Assembly: GCF_001194135.2 (NCBI RefSeq)
Contig: NC_068982.1
Span: forward strand, 139,795,260 to 139,859,259
DNA from: Octopus bimaculoides
Lineage: Eukaryota
DNA length: 64,000 bases
Direction: 5' to 3'
The notes beneath the pieces are model-generated. The model was not told where the DNA came from and searched no databases. It saw only the letters and a program-made list of their open reading frames with translations. This document shows positions 39,628 to 53,479 of the stretch, in pieces. Numbering within the stretch: position 1 is the stretch's first letter; every line of letters starts with the position of its first letter. Position numbers and translations under genes: made by a program.

Positions 39628-39850
39628 ATATGTGTGTATGTTTGTGTGTCTGTATTTCTCCCCACACGATTGCTTGACAAACGATGCTGGTGTGTTTACG
39701 TACTCTTAAATTGGCGGTTCGGCAAAAATGACCGATATAATAAGTACTAGGCTTACAAAGAATAAATCCTGCGGTCGATATGTTCGACTAAAGGCGGTGC
39801 TACAGCATGGGCGCAGTCAAATGACTGAAACGAATAAAAAAATAAAAGAA
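39628..39850 (+). mobile_element. SINE family A 3' half
   Basis: gcttgacaaacgatgctggtgtgtttacg...ggcttacaaagaataaatcctgcggtcgat...gcagtcaaatgactgaaac. Confidence 0.88.
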
Positions 39851-40221
39851 TATTTAACAGAACAAAGAGAATATAAATGAAATAGAATTGAGAGGAATAA
39901 AATTCAACCTGAGAAGGTAATATAAAAATGTGTAAAAATCTTATCAAACATTTGATATAATGCATGGCGAATATATTTTAATATTTGAGCTTTGCAAATG
40001 TAATAGCAAATTTCGTTAATTAAAAAATAATGTTAATTTTGGAATAAATATTAGATTTTCTATGTTCTTGTAAAAGATTACTTCGAAGCACAGTTTCATT
40101 TCTAAAGATTTATATGAATTATTGAATTTGGGGATGGTCATGTTGCCAGTTTACCCATAAAAAACACAAGCACTATATATTTGGTGTTAATTTGCTTCAG
40201 CTTTATTTTATTTTTTTACAT

Positions 40222-40278
40222 TAATTGTATTTCGATCAAAGTTCTTTCCTCACACTTCTGTGACCTCATCAGTGGTCC
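40222..40278 (-). ncRNA. Hammerhead core with degenerate stems I/III, inside a repeat shared with 37364
   Basis: Minus: CTGATGA-GGTCA-(22 nt)-TGATC-GAAA. Stem II pairs (one G-U); no clear stem I partner. Confidence 0.45.
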
Positions 40279-41183
40279 TTTGCTTTCTATTTTCTTATTT
40301 GTGTGTCTTTATTACTAACGATCAGCAATTTTGTATTTTGTATTNNNNNNNNNNNNNNNNNNNNNNNNNNNNNNNNNNNNNNNNNNNNNNNNNNNNNNNN
40401 NNNNNNNNNNNNNNNNNNNNNNNNNNNNNNNNNNNNNNNNNNNNNNNNNNNNNNNNNNNNNNNNNNNNNNNNNNNNNNNNNNNNNNNNNNNNNNNNNNNN
40501 NNNNNNNNNNNNNNNNNNNNNNNNNNNNNNNNNNNNNNNNNNNNNNNNNNNNNNNNNNNNNNNNNNNNNNNNNNNNNNNNNNNNNNNNNNNNNNNNNNNN
40601 NNNNNNNNNNNNNNNNNNNNNNNNNNNNNNNNNNNNNNNNNNNNNNNNNNNNNNNNNNNNNNNNNNNNNNNNNNNNNNNNNNNNNNNNNNNNNNNNNNNN
40701 NNNNNNNNNNNNNNNNNNNNNNNNNNNNNNNNNNNNNNNNNNNNNNNNNNNNNNNNNNNNNNNNNNNNNNNNNNNNNNNNNNNNNNNNNNNNNNNNNNNN
40801 NNNNNNNNNNNNNNNNNNNNNNNNNNNNNNNNNNNNNNNNNNNNNNNNNNNNNNNNNNNNNNNNNNNNNNNNNNNNNNNNNNNNNNNNNNNNNNNNNNNN
40901 NNNNNNNNNNNNNNNNNNNNNNNNNNNNNNNNNNNNNNNNNNNNNNNNNNNNNNNNNNNNNNNNNNNNNNNNNNNNNNNNNNNNNNNNNNNNNNNNNNNN
41001 NNNNNNNNNNNNNNNNNNNNNNNNNNNNNNNNNNNNNNNNNNNNNNNNNNNNNNNNNNNNNNNNNNNNNNNNNNNNNNNNNNNNNNNNNNNNNNNNNNNN
41101 NNNNNNNNNNNNNNNNNNNNNNNNNNNNNNNNNNNNNNNNNNNNNNNNNNNNNNNNNNNNNNNNNNNNNNNNNNNNNNNNNNN

Positions 41184-41222
<39 letters not shown>

Positions 41223-41359
41223 TATATATATATATATCTATATATATATATATACATATATTGATAACTTCTTCACTGTTCTCAGTCCTGTTAACGGCTG
41301 GGCGTTCGGGCGAGTATACTTGGAATTGATGTGCCAACATTTGAAATATTGTCTAGGTA

Positions 41360-41432
41360 AATGCAGCTGATGAAGACTGATCAGATTTACGTTGTGAAAC
41401 GTATTTGAAGAGTCTGAAACCGGTCCTGCATT
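41360..41432 (+). ncRNA. Type I hammerhead ribozyme motif with extended stem II, intact core
   Basis: AATGCAG-CTGATGA-AGACT-(32 nt, including TACGTT/AACGTA)-AGTCT-GAAA-CCGG-TC-CTGCATT: 7-bp stem I, palindromic ACCGGT, GUC site ending at 41425. Confidence 0.85.
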
Positions 41433-42332
41433 ATCCTCAATCTGGGTTGTCCATTTTCAAATGTTCTTCCTACAGGTATGACAAATTTTCCCGTTTGTTG
41501 CACACACGCATTTTTGCCAGTATATACGCAGTGAAGCTATACAATAGCGACGTATTTATATCGATTGCTATTTTCCAGTAAATATCGATGCCTTGTTGTA
41601 CCATTCTTCTGAACTTATATATACATATATATATTTATACATATAAATATTTTAATGGCGCCAAAAACAAAATGTGGCTAATTAAGATTTATAGCTTTCA
41701 CGTGTTTTTGCTTAAATAATTCCTACGTCTCTACAACATGTAATTTCTACAACAGAAAAAAATTAATTTAAAATAAATTCTTCATACACTTGTATCAATC
41801 TTCGTCTATATCTCCTTCTTTATTTATGCATCCAAACACATGCACACACACACGCAAACGCACACAAATGCAGAGTAACGCACATAGGCACACATTTATA
41901 ATACGTGACAAAGATTTTATACATGTGCGTGATTTATAAGGACCTTAAAAGTTTGCATTTAAATGAATTTATTCTTGAAATTACTTAACATATAGCCCCA
42001 TATGCACATGCAATTCATTTTCTAGTGTTAGGAATGATATTTTAAAGCATGATTAAAGTGAATATGTCAGTAATTTACCGATGGAAATATATATTCATTT
42101 CCATTTTATAAGTATTTTTTTGTATTAGATTTCTAATTAAAAAAATTGCACCACGATGCAAATTGATATAGATTATAAACATATAATCACCTAAGCGGAC
42201 AATTGGCACATCTCTCGTTAATTTGTGATTAATGACATAATTGGAATATTCTGTGTTACTTATTTACGACGAATACATTCGTTACATGTAACTTACCAAA
42301 ATTTCATGAAAAAAGCGTTAGTAGATACGTAC

Positions 42333-42710
42333 AAGCATGGCCGTGTGGTTAAGAAACTTGCTTGGCAGCGAAGTGATTCTGAGTTCAGTTCCGCTTAGAA
42401 GCACTTTGAACAAATGATCTCTTCTACTTGTGTCGGGCTGATGAATGATTTGTGCGTGAACGAAGTAGACAAAAACTTTAGGTAAGGCCTGCGCTTATGT
42501 ATGTATGTGTGTGTGAGTGTGCGTGTATGTGGATGTGTGCGTGCGTTTTCCTTTATGTTTGTTTTCTATCCTCCCTTGATAACAAGTGCTTTTTTACGTT
42601 TTTGTAACTAAATGGACCGACAAATGTAACCGATATAATAAGCTATTACGTTGATCGATCATCATCTAAAATGGCCGTAGTCCAATAACTGAAAAAAAAA
42701 AGATAAGAGA
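42333..42710 (+). mobile_element. Decayed SINE family A
   Basis: agcatggccgtgtggttaagaaacttgc...ctgagttcagttcc head, internal (TG) tract and degenerate tail. Confidence 0.7.
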
Positions 42711-44569
42711 TAAAAATATGAATGTTATTGAATTAGCTTCGCTTTTGTAGTTTCAATAAAGTCATTATGTGCTGAAAGATTCGTTAAATAATATTGCATA
42801 GAGTATGGGAGAGGAAGCCACCGCCCGCGGGCGAAGTTGCACCCGCAAGCCCATTTTATTGTGTCCACTGACTGGTATACTATTATATACAAAATTTATG
42901 CAATATTCCTTTGCCTATTTTCGACATAGGTCGCGTTTCTACTACGACTTAAAACGGTTAGACTCGAACAGAAAATCGTTCGGTAATTGCCATTTAAATG
43001 GAAATTTTGCTTTCACTATAAACACATATCACAAGGATTGCTCTACCGCCTTGTGTCCCAACTAGATTAGCTAAAAGATATGGAATACCGCGTATGTAAT
43101 ATAAAGTCCTAAATTTAGTTGCGGCGTTAATGAAGATGTTACGCGTTAATTTGATGTGTTAAACTTATCTATATTAATGTATATCGAATTCTACGTAGAC
43201 ATATAGAAGATTTACACAGATATAAGATTTAGAACTTCTTTTTTTTGGATATTTTTCCCGCTACACTAAAAAGTTTCCGTTGGAAGACAATGATAATCAC
43301 ATGCTTTTAGTCAACACTATACGAAGTTCGGTGTTTCAGACAAATATTGGAAATAAGAAATATTTTAATAAAACCAAATATTTAAAACCATTTATGTAAT
43401 GAATCAAAATTATGACAGCGCTTCATTATTAATGGCACAACTATTTGATATATCGCTGTTGTACTAATGGCTCGCATAATATTCCTGAATTTATGTTATA
43501 AATCCTAAACAGCCTGCATGTTACATACACTATTATTACTCTATGGATGGTGTGCTGATATTGTTTCTTTACAATATTTTTATACGTGTTTCTGTTTTAA
43601 CATGCAGTATTCATCTTCTATATACGTATTCAAAATTGCATGCATGTTTTTAGGCTGAAGGTATTTGATTTGATAACGATAACTAGAAAATATACCTATC
43701 TCAATAGTAAAATGAAGATAACATTACTGTTACTAATACCTTACAATACATAAATAGATGTGCTGTGTTTTGGAATTCAATTTCATTTTATCTTTCATTT
43801 TCCTGATTTCTGCAAGTATAGCGTAGGAAACCATAACAAACAATGCAGAGGCGTTAAAAGCTATTTGTTTTAGAAGAAAATGAAAATGGAATGGAAACTA
43901 ATTCAAATATAGTTNNNNNNNNNNNNNNNNNNNNNNNNNNNNNNNNNNNNNNNNNNNNNNNNNNNNNNNNNNNNNNNNNNNNNNNNNNNNNNNNNNNNNN
44001 NNNNNNNNNNNNNNNNNNNNNNNNNNNNNNNNNNNNNNNNNNNNNNNNNNNNNNNNNNNNNNNNNNNNNNNNNNNNNNNNNNNNNNNNNNNNNNNNNNNN
44101 NNNNNNNNNNNNNNNNNNNNNNNNNNNNNNNNNNNNNNNNNNNNNNNNNNNNNNNNNNNNNNNNNNNNNNNNNNNNNNNNNNNNNNNNNNNNNNNNNNNN
44201 NNNNNNNNNNNNNNNNNNNNNNNNNNNNNNNNNNNNNNNNNNNNNNNNNNNNNNNNNNNNNNNNNNNNNNNNNNNNNNNNNNNNNNNNNNNNNNNNNNNN
44301 NNNNNNNNNNNNNNNNNNNNNNNNNNNNNNNNNNNNNNNNNNNNNNNNNNNNNNNNNNNNGGATCTTATCAGAATATATATTTGCAATTTCGTGAAACTT
44401 AACGCTATTTTTCCTGGCAATTGTTGGAGTGCTTTTTCAAGTTACTGAAACTTGCAATTTTTTCCCCAATATAATACATTAATCTAGTCTTATCTTGATT
44501 TTAAAAAAAAATCAAATATGTAATACATCGGATGTTGAAACGCCATGAAATGTGGCACTATTTAAATGC

Positions 44570-44765
44570 GGCACAATGCTAGAAGTTTTTGAGGGAAGTG
44601 GAATCGATTACATCGATCCCAGTAGTTGACTGGAACTTATCGATACCGAAACGATGAAAGGCAAAGTCGACGTTGGCGGAATTTGAACTCAGAACGTCAA
44701 GACGGACGAAATGCTGCTAAGCATTTTGTCCGGCATGTTAACTGTTCTACTAGTTCACCACCTTA
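44570..44765 (-). mobile_element. SINE family B
   Basis: gatgaaaggcaaagtcgacgttggcggaatttgaactcagaacg...gaaatgctgctaagcattttgtccggcatgttaac. Confidence 0.85.
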
Positions 44766-45724
44766 AAACAAATAAATATATATAAAGTATCACTAGTATT
44801 ATATTTAAATTAATTGGGGGACCATCCGATAGAATTATCTTTCTCTAAATACAAATATTTGCAGACTTTTGGGAGTACTTTCTGAATGGCTTCATCTGTT
44901 GCAAAAAACTCATTTTACTAATGAATTACACGAACTAATGCGGCATCATCAGGAGATAATGTGAATATATCATTACCGCTATTATGGAATATATTCCTGA
45001 CAATAGTCAGGGGAAATGTTTGTAATGATTATAAGACATTCTGTTATTTAATTATTTTTTCGGGAAATGCATTTGTTTTTGAAAGTAGTGTGATGCTCGC
45101 ATAATAAAACTACTTAGATTATGTCTCAGAGTAATTATTTAATACATTTTCTAAATATATTTAGCCTGTGACTATTCATACCGACTAACCAATGATTCTT
45201 TCTAAACCTTCTCGAAAGGCAGGGTAGTGTTCTGGGAAAATGCTGAAAACTAGAATCCATAAAATCGGATAATTCAACGCTGTTTACTATAACATTATCA
45301 TATCAATTAATTCCAAAGGTGCCTAATTGTGAATATCAAGTTCATTAATCGGAACGATATCGTGTGCGACATGAGTGACTGGAAATGAAAGAATTCAATA
45401 TTACAGTATGAAAATCTGTGTGCAAATGATTTCTTTTTTGTTTTAATACTTTAGTTTGCGAAATCATTTTAATACATGTATACTATATCAGTGTCATAGA
45501 AAATAACTTACATTCTATGTTCTACTTGTTATAGAATACACGTTGCATTTCCACATTTTACATGAAAGTACTAAGGCGACAGCCATTACATGATAGTACA
45601 AACGCTATGTTGTGATCTTTGAGTATGTTGAATGATTTACTTAATATTTAAAATGCTTAATATTTCATTCAGACTTGTGCAATTAAATGATTGTCAGTGC
45701 CATTGTGTATTTGGTTTCAAGATA

Positions 45725-46050
45725 GAACTGGCACTCCGTCAGTTATGACTATGAAGATTCCAAATAATCCGATCAACGGAATAGCCTGCTCGTAAAATTA
45801 ACGTGCAAGTAGCTGAGCGCTCGACCGACACGCGTACCTTGAGCGTAGTTCTCATGGATATTCAGCGTGATACTGAATGTGACGAGACTGGAACTTTGAA
45901 ATACAGGTACGACTCATTTTTTCCAGCTGAGTGAACGGGAGCAATGTGAAATAAAGTGTCTTGCTCACTTACACAACGAACCTCTGGGAATCGAACTCAC
46001 ATCCTTATGATTGTGAGCCAAATATCTTAATCACTAAGCCACACGCCTTC
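45725..46050 (-). mobile_element. tRNA-headed SINE family C with tail X
   Basis: Minus head GGCGTGTGGCTTAGTGATTAAG...GAGTTCGATTCCC, body GAGCAAGACACTTTATTTCACATTGCTCC; flanks ttcaagat/ttcaggat may be a TSD. Confidence 0.88.
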
Positions 46051-46319
46051 AGGATTTACAAAGCTATTTATATTAGTAACAGAGTTATGCAAATGCTGTT
46101 AATATGATTTGATAACAGCAAGGCGGCGGGCAGGGAGAATCGCTTCATCTTCATTCTTTCGGTGTTGCTGAAATATGTACAAATTAAGCACAGGATTCAA
46201 TGCGGTCGACATATGCCATTCCCTGAAGTAGCTGAACTTGTGCCAAAATTAGAAATCAAAATTACTCGACAATAATAAAACGGTTAATAGGCACATTTGT
46301 TATCACACTCGAAAAAATG

Positions 46320-46495
46320 CCTAGCAACGTTTCGTCAGACTTTGCGTTCTGGGTTCAATTTTAGGCAACGTTAACCTTGCCTTTCATTCTTTCGAGATCA
46401 ATAATATATGTACCATTTGAGTACAAGGGGGTGGGGGTCGATGTATTCGACTTACACGCTTCCTCCGAAATTGCTGGCCTTGTACTAAAATGCAG
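46320..46495 (+). mobile_element. Decayed SINE family B
   Basis: gcgttctgggttcaatt...ttgcctttcattctttcgagatcaata...ggggtcgatgtattcgactt. Confidence 0.65.
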
Positions 46496-46605
46496 ATGTA
46501 ATGTTACATAATGATAGATTATAGAGTGTAGATTGGATTTGCACCCGCAAATATTCCTTGTATTATAGGATGATAGATGGATATTCTCCGAGTAGCTCTG
46601 CAGTG

Positions 46606-46830
46606 ATGGTCATATATTTAAGAAGTTTGATTTGCAACCACATGAGTTCAGTCCAACTGCACAGCGTCGTGGGTAAGTATCTCGTGCTGTGGCAACAGGC
46701 TGATTAATGCCTTGTGAATGAATTTGCATGACGGAGACTGTGTGGAAGCCCATCGTGTATGCATAGACAGACACAGACACAGACACAGACACAGACACAG
46801 ACACACACACACACACACACACTCACATAT
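46606..46830 (+). mobile_element. SINE family A 5' half ending in a (CACAGA)n/(CA)n tract
   Basis: aagaagtttgatttgcaaccacatgagttcagtcc...gccttgtgaatgaatttg...ggaagcccatcg. Confidence 0.7.
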
Positions 46831-49800
46831 ACATATATATATAAACAAGAAATTAAATATAGAGATTCAATTGATAGTTCAATAATTTATTTATATTATA
46901 ATGTAACATAATATACTATGAATATAATATAATATAAGATAACATAAAAAAGTCATTAAAAAGCCAAAATAGTGAACAATTTATTTCGAATTATTTGATT
47001 TATAAAGATTCCTATCCATTTATATAAGTCTTTTCAGAGCTTTGGTTTAAAGACACTAAATTCCGTGTGAAAGACGGCTGGATTGTCGAATAATTAATTC
47101 AGATGCCTATGTTTATGAGCGTGAGTGTTAACGAGTTAACAAATAGTGTTTGAGAAATGTCTGCATCATTGGACAATGTAGCATCATTCTTGGTATCTCT
47201 GCATTCCTAATGTATTGTTTTGGAAGTAAATGAATGCATGAAAATTAACGCCACGTATTGATAGCTTTGTAGTTGCAATTACAGAAATCATTACTCAAAC
47301 ATTTGTTTACAAGATTACGAATAGTGTTGAAAAATGGAATATGACATTTATTATTTAAATAACAAAGACGTTTGAATATGTAAAGGCAGGCATTCCTTAT
47401 AGCAAAAAAAAAATGCCACAAACATTGTATTCATTAGTTAATCTGATATAAAAAAAAAAAAATCATGCTGTCTATTTTGATGGTAGGGAAGAATGCCAAA
47501 AGCAGATTTCCAATTAGTGAATCTGATATAAAAGAGTAATTATGCACAGAAGACAATCCTTTTTAGTTTCGTTTAAACCATACTAGGTTACAAAAAACCG
47601 ACACCGATAAATTGGTGATTCTATAGGATTTTCATGAAGATGAACCAGGCTATATTCATTTAGTCTCTATTTTAAATGTGTTGATAATTCTTTTGGTAAA
47701 TGTCAACGGCGTTTTGGCAGCCATATCCCTAATTTTGTTTTATACTCACACGCAATATTAAAGGTCATGAACTAGATCTATGTACACATGACATTAAGGA
47801 TCTGTGTTTAGTACAATTATTTAGTTAAAAGTTTTAATATGACATACGCTTATCAACACACAGGATAGTTAATTTAGCTCTAAAATATAGAAACGAATAT
47901 ATCTACACTTCTAGACATACTAAATATGAAAAATGAATCAGCCACATTTGAAAATTGACCACCGCCTAATATTTATAACGTAATGATGACACATGTATTT
48001 ATACCTTAAAATAAGAACCTATTTTCATCATTAATTTTTATTATCAAAATCAACATATATACAACAGAAGTTTTATGTAAAACAAAAATTTGAAAATGCA
48101 ACACGTTATATTATCTAACAAGTAGTGTCTTATACCAACTAGAAATGAGATAAAGCGTTCATCTCGTATATCAAGCAAACTTTGAATGTAATATTCATTA
48201 TCATTTCAATATATGGCAAATATCATAAATACAGTTATGAAATCGTCATGAGATTACGCCATTTTTTTCTATAAAGATAAAAGCAGTACAAAGTATTTAA
48301 ATTCTAGAAACATTTCAAGGAATAATTGTATAAGCTTTAATCAGATTATTCAGTGCTTTACAATTACAATATGAAAGGCTCAAAATATGTTTTTACATTG
48401 TTTCAAGGTTCGACATATGTATTGTCAGGATTTATATTCATTTAAGATTTGCTTCGAAATTATATAGCATTTTTGTAACTTGAAGAATGTAGTTAAAATA
48501 TTTCCACAAACGTTTTTCAAATACATTTTATTTTGAAAAGAAACTTGATCGATGGGGTTTAAATTCCACTTCCTTTCACATTCACGCAATTTCATATGTT
48601 GTTTGGAGATTCTGTTCGTACTTAAGTTGAAACCAATATGAGCAAACAATGTCGGAGAGATATTGCAGGACCAAAATCAACGAAATATACGAACAAATAA
48701 GAGGAGTTATTTCACAGNNNNNNNNNNNNNNNNNNNNNNNNNNNNNNNNNNNNNNNNNNNNNNNNNNNNNNNNNNNNNNNNNNNNNNNNNNNNNNNNNNN
48801 NNNNNNNNNNNNNNNNNNNNNNNNNNNNNNNNNNNNNNNNNNNNNNNNNNNNNNNNNNNNNNNNNNNNNNNNNNNNNNNNNNNNNNNNNNNNNNNNNNNN
48901 NNNNNNNNNNNNNNNNNNNNNNNNNNNNNNNNNNNNNNNNNNNNNNNNNNNNNNNNNNNNNNNNNNNNNNNNNNNNNNNNNNNNNNNNNNNNNNNNNNNN
49001 NNNNNNNNNNNNNNNNNNNNNNNNNNNNNNNNNNNNNNNNNNNNNNNNNNNNNNNNNNNNNNNNNNNNNNNNNNNNNNNNNNNNNNNNNNNNNNNNNNNN
49101 NNNNNNNNNNNNNNNNNNNNNNNNNNNNNNNNNNNNNNNNNNNNNNNNNNNNNNNNNNNNNNNNNNNNNNNNNNNNNNNNNNNNNNNNNNNNNNNNNNNN
49201 NNNNNNNNNNNNNNNNNNNNNNNNNNNNNNNNNNNNNNNNNNNNNNNNNNNNNNNNNNNNNNNNNNNNNNNNNNNNNNNNNNNNNNNNNNNNNNNNNNNN
49301 NNNNNNNNNNNNNNNNNNNNNNNNNNNNNNNNNNNNNNNNNNNNNNNNNNNNNNNNNNNNNNNNNNNNNNNNNNNNNNNNNNNNNNNNNNNNNNNNNNNN
49401 NNNNNNNNNNNNNNNNNNNNNNNNNNNNNNNNNNNNNNNNNNNNNNNNNNNNNNNNNNNNNNNNNNNNNNNNNNNNNNNNNNNNNNNNNNNNNNNNNNNN
49501 NNNNNATATATATACCACCTTAACACATGTACGTTAATAAATTGATTATGAATTTTAGAATGGGCAACTAATAACAGTCTAGATACAGTTACTATTTCAT
49601 AGTAACATTTCCTGAATGGATCGTGTATTTTAAAATGTGTTTTATACATAAAATTCTATTACGCATATTGGTAGGAAAACTTTGCAAAGAGCATTCTGTC
49701 ATAAAAAGGTAGTGCGAGCAGAGCGTATGTAACAATGGAAAGCGTAACATAAAATTGTTGTGAAGGTGTATAGTTTTAAAAGATCTGTAATAACTAAGGA

Positions 49801-50253
49801 GCAGATCTTGGTTTTGTGGAATGACGTTCGAGAGCTGCTAAATAGTATATTATTTGAAATGTATTATGGATTTAGTATGTAATGACATTTATCCAACATT
49901 AAAGAACAAATATTATTTTTCTTATTAATATTGATATTTAAGAGCCTTTATCAACATCTGATTTGTCGGAAACATTGAAATATATGTGCAGGAAAATAAT
50001 ATATGCGAAGAAATACTTCCTATATTTATATATATTTCAAAATGTAACCACATGTGAATCGATGGCGATTTTTCCACTCTGTCTTCCTTTTCTATTGGAC
50101 TTTCCTATGTCTTCTGTTTCTGAAGACGAGTGTTACTCAAAACGTAAAACCACCTTTGTTTCCTTCCCTGAGCGTTTGCCAATACTTTGCATGTGCCACG
50201 TCCTCGCGTTGTAGTTTTTTTCTTGTGATTGTTCTTCGTTTTTTTAAATTTAC

Positions 50254-50285
<32 letters not shown>

Positions 50286-51961
50286 ATGCAACAAAAACGC
50301 AATAGAGGACAATTAAACATTCAGACAGATAGACGATACAAGGGCGGACAGGAGAAACAACAATTAGTAAAACAGACAAAAAAAGCCGGATCATTTGTGG
50401 CCTTCTTTTTGGTAAGAAAGCTAGAGAGTGTGTACGGCAACAAAGACAAAAAACGGAGAAGATGGTACGCAATTAAAAATACAAACAAGAATATAACAAC
50501 AGGTGTCTTTCGGCTGAGAACAAATGAAATTGATGTGGCGGGTATAAAGTGACAGCCTAAAGGCAGGAATATAGGGGATGGACATAAGAGGTGTTGGCGG
50601 TCGATAGTCAGATCAAGAAAGAAAGATTATGGCTGGCCGGAATGCGGTCACGTGAAAGGAGGAGAGAGGCGTGGGGACAGCGGTATTGAAGGATTAAAAT
50701 GAAAAAAAACAGAGAAAAAGTAAAAGGCACAACGGAGATGAAAGAGGAGGAAAAGTGGGAGTGAAAGAAAGACAGGGCCAAGAAATATGTGAGAGGGAGA
50801 GAGAGAAATAGAAAAGAAGAAAGTATGAGGGGGACTAAAGTATATAGAGAACAGTCGTACAAAATTTATATATATATATACACAACCCGTAAAACCGGTT
50901 ACCGGGTTTCTTTGCCATATAAATGCTCGAGATATAATCAAAACGACAGTCCTTTGTACGTTCCATACCCAACGCTATTATTCATTCCCCATTAAGTAGA
51001 GATGAGAAAAAGCATATACAGTTTCATTAGTAGGGTTGAATGCATACGTTATATTTTCAGTTGTAGCACATTTTCAGAATATTTATTTTTAAAACTCCAT
51101 TGCAAAAAGTATGGAAAATGGCAGGAAGCCTTTTTATTGTTAGTTTGTAAAAATACGGAACTTTTCTTTACTACACTAGCAAATGAATATCTATAACTCA
51201 GTTGGGATTTCATCTGTAATTTTTATTAAAAAATAATCATTTATGAGCAAAGTCTGTGTTATTTTATTGCCCCAGGTAAAATGTATATAAATCGTATATA
51301 CATACAGAAACAGACGAAAGTATGACATGAAAGTCATTCGTGAGATTCATATATATATATATATATANNNNNNNNNNNNNNNNNNNNNNNNNNNNNNNNN
51401 NNNNNNNNNNNNNNNNNNNNNNNNNNNNNNNNNNNNNNNNNNNNNNNNNNNNNNNNNNNNNNNNNNNNNNNNNNNNNNNNNNNNNNNNNNNNNNNNNNNN
51501 NNNNNNNNNNNNNNNNNNNNNNNNNNNNNNNNNNNNNNNNNNNNNNNNNNNNNNNNNNNNNNNNNNNNNNNNNNNNNNNNNNNNNNNNNNNNNNNNNNNN
51601 NNNNNNNNNNNNNNNNNNNNNNNNNNNNNNNNNNNNNNNNNNNNNNNNNNNNNNNNNNNNNNNNNNNNNNNNNNNNNNNNNNNNNNNNNNNNNNNNNNNN
51701 NNNNNNNNNNNNNNNNNNNNNNNNNNNNNNNNNNNNNNNNNNNNNNNNNNNNNNNNNNNNNNNNNNNNNNNNNNNNNNNNNNNNNNNNNNNNNNNNNNNN
51801 NNNNNNNNNNNNNNNNNNNNNNNNNNNNNNNNNNNNNNNNNNNNNNNNNNNNNNNNNNNNNNNNNNNNNNNNNNNNNNNNNNNNNNNNNNNNNNNNNNNN
51901 NNNNNNNNNNNNNNNNNNNNNNNNNNNNNNNNNNNNNNNNNNNNNNNNNNNNNNNNNNNNN

Positions 51962-52700
51962 TACTACCACCACCGCCATCACCACCTCAACCAACACGAA
52001 TACCGATAACAATTTTGACGCGGCTTTGAAGCCAAAGAAAAGAATAATGTAAGGAAGAATTACTTGCCTGCAAAGAAATGTTTACAAAAAATGAAGTCAC
52101 CATTCAATTACAGACACCTGAATATATTACAAAAAATACCTTTAAAAAATGCCCAATCATTTACAAGGTACTCAACGCGAAAACAAAACTATATCTATCA
52201 GCCACTCATGAAAACGTGGAAAAAAGTTTAAGTCACATATGGGCCTTTAAAGACTACATAACGAGGGGAACCAGGTTGCGACGATCGAAGTAAGATTCGA
52301 CAGCAAAGAGCGTGCCAAGGACCTCTGCACAAGGCACTTTCAACATGAAAATTTCCTCATGATCCCTACATACTTTAGTCGCAGGGTCACAAAAATGAAA
52401 ATTAAAAATGTGCCCCCTGAAATTGAAATAAAATGGCTCGTGTCTGCCATTTGCTATGACATCGAAGACGAAATTGCTGCCCAGGACCAGCAAAACTTGA
52501 TTGGCCAACAAGTCGAGATTCTCTCCCAGATCGATCCAGTGAATTTTGAAAAAATCCCTACCGAGTCCAATTGACAGAGGATTCGAGCTTGCATATAGCC
52601 GTCGAAGGGAGGAACCCAAGTTGCTACGTTTGTGGTAGCAAAACACATTTAAAAACTAACTGCCCACTAGCACAGAAACAACAAGACCACGAAAAACAAT
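51962..52700 (+). mobile_element. L1/Tx1-like LINE ORF1 remnant with CCHC zinc knuckle
   Basis: PTYFSRRVTKMKIKNVPPEIEIKWLVSAI (RRM-like), then in another frame VEGRNPSCYVCGSKTHLKTNCP (C-x2-C-x4-H-x4-C); several stops and frameshifts. Confidence 0.75.
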
Positions 52701-53059
52701 AACAAACACAAGAAAACCAAAAATGGAGCAAAACATCAACACTACTACCCACACTGCCATATGCACAACTATTTAAGCAGATCTACAAATAAATGAAGGA
52801 ACAGCAGGAACCAACAAGTCAGCCAAACCAAACAGCACCATCACCAGCGCCACCACGAACAGAACCAACACCATCACCACCACCACAAACAAGAACTCTA
52901 CAGGAAGAGGAGGAAACCAAAAAGACTCATACCCCAATCCCCAAACCCAAATAGCACATCCGAACTATCACCAAACAGCACCAACAACAAAAGCAACACA
53001 CTCAGAATTAGATTCCAAATGGGGATTTGAACTTGGTACAATTATCGAGTCGAAAGAAT

Positions 53060-53420
53060 ACGAAAGTCGGAGAAATGTAAGATTTTGTTGAAATTAGAAA
53101 ATAATAGACCACACATAACGATTGTAGATAAAGAAAAGCAAATTTGATTATTTACCAACCCATTATGCCGTTTGATTCCAGGATCGCTTAAAGTTTGAAA
53201 TTGGAAGACTTTGGAGCATGGTAATAGTAAAGGTCGTGCCTATAATAATTTGTATGATGGAAACAGTAAGACAAGTTATAGACAAATGCCTGAAGGAGAC
53301 TGAAATAGAATGCCTGGTACAGATCCTAGAAAGAATGTATCTCTTAGGGACAGCAAGGATTATCGGAATGGTTCTAAGCACTTGAAAGACTGCTGAGAAC
53401 ATGTAGATAGATAAGGTTAC
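53060..53420 (+). mobile_element. R4/Dong-like LINE 3' end (restriction-like endonuclease region)
   Basis: NNRPHITIVDKEK and LKFEIGRLWSMVIVKVVPIII...LERMYLLGTARIIGMVLST*. Confidence 0.75.
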
Positions 53421-53479
53421 ATGGAATAACCCGATATCCACATAATTCCTACCAGATATAAAGCCGAACCTGAGCCAAG

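Noticed and set aside
47627-47695. Plus-strand 69-nt exon candidate DFHEDEPGYIHLVSILNVLIILL
   Set aside because: The acceptor is weak, there are no partner exons or recognisable homology, and such candidates are expected by chance.
40260-52052. Long ORFs of 180-355 aa in the ORF track (40260-41370, 43854-44448, 48582-49649, 51327-52052; also 35567-36214)
   Set aside because: They consist almost entirely of X from N runs and carry no coding information.
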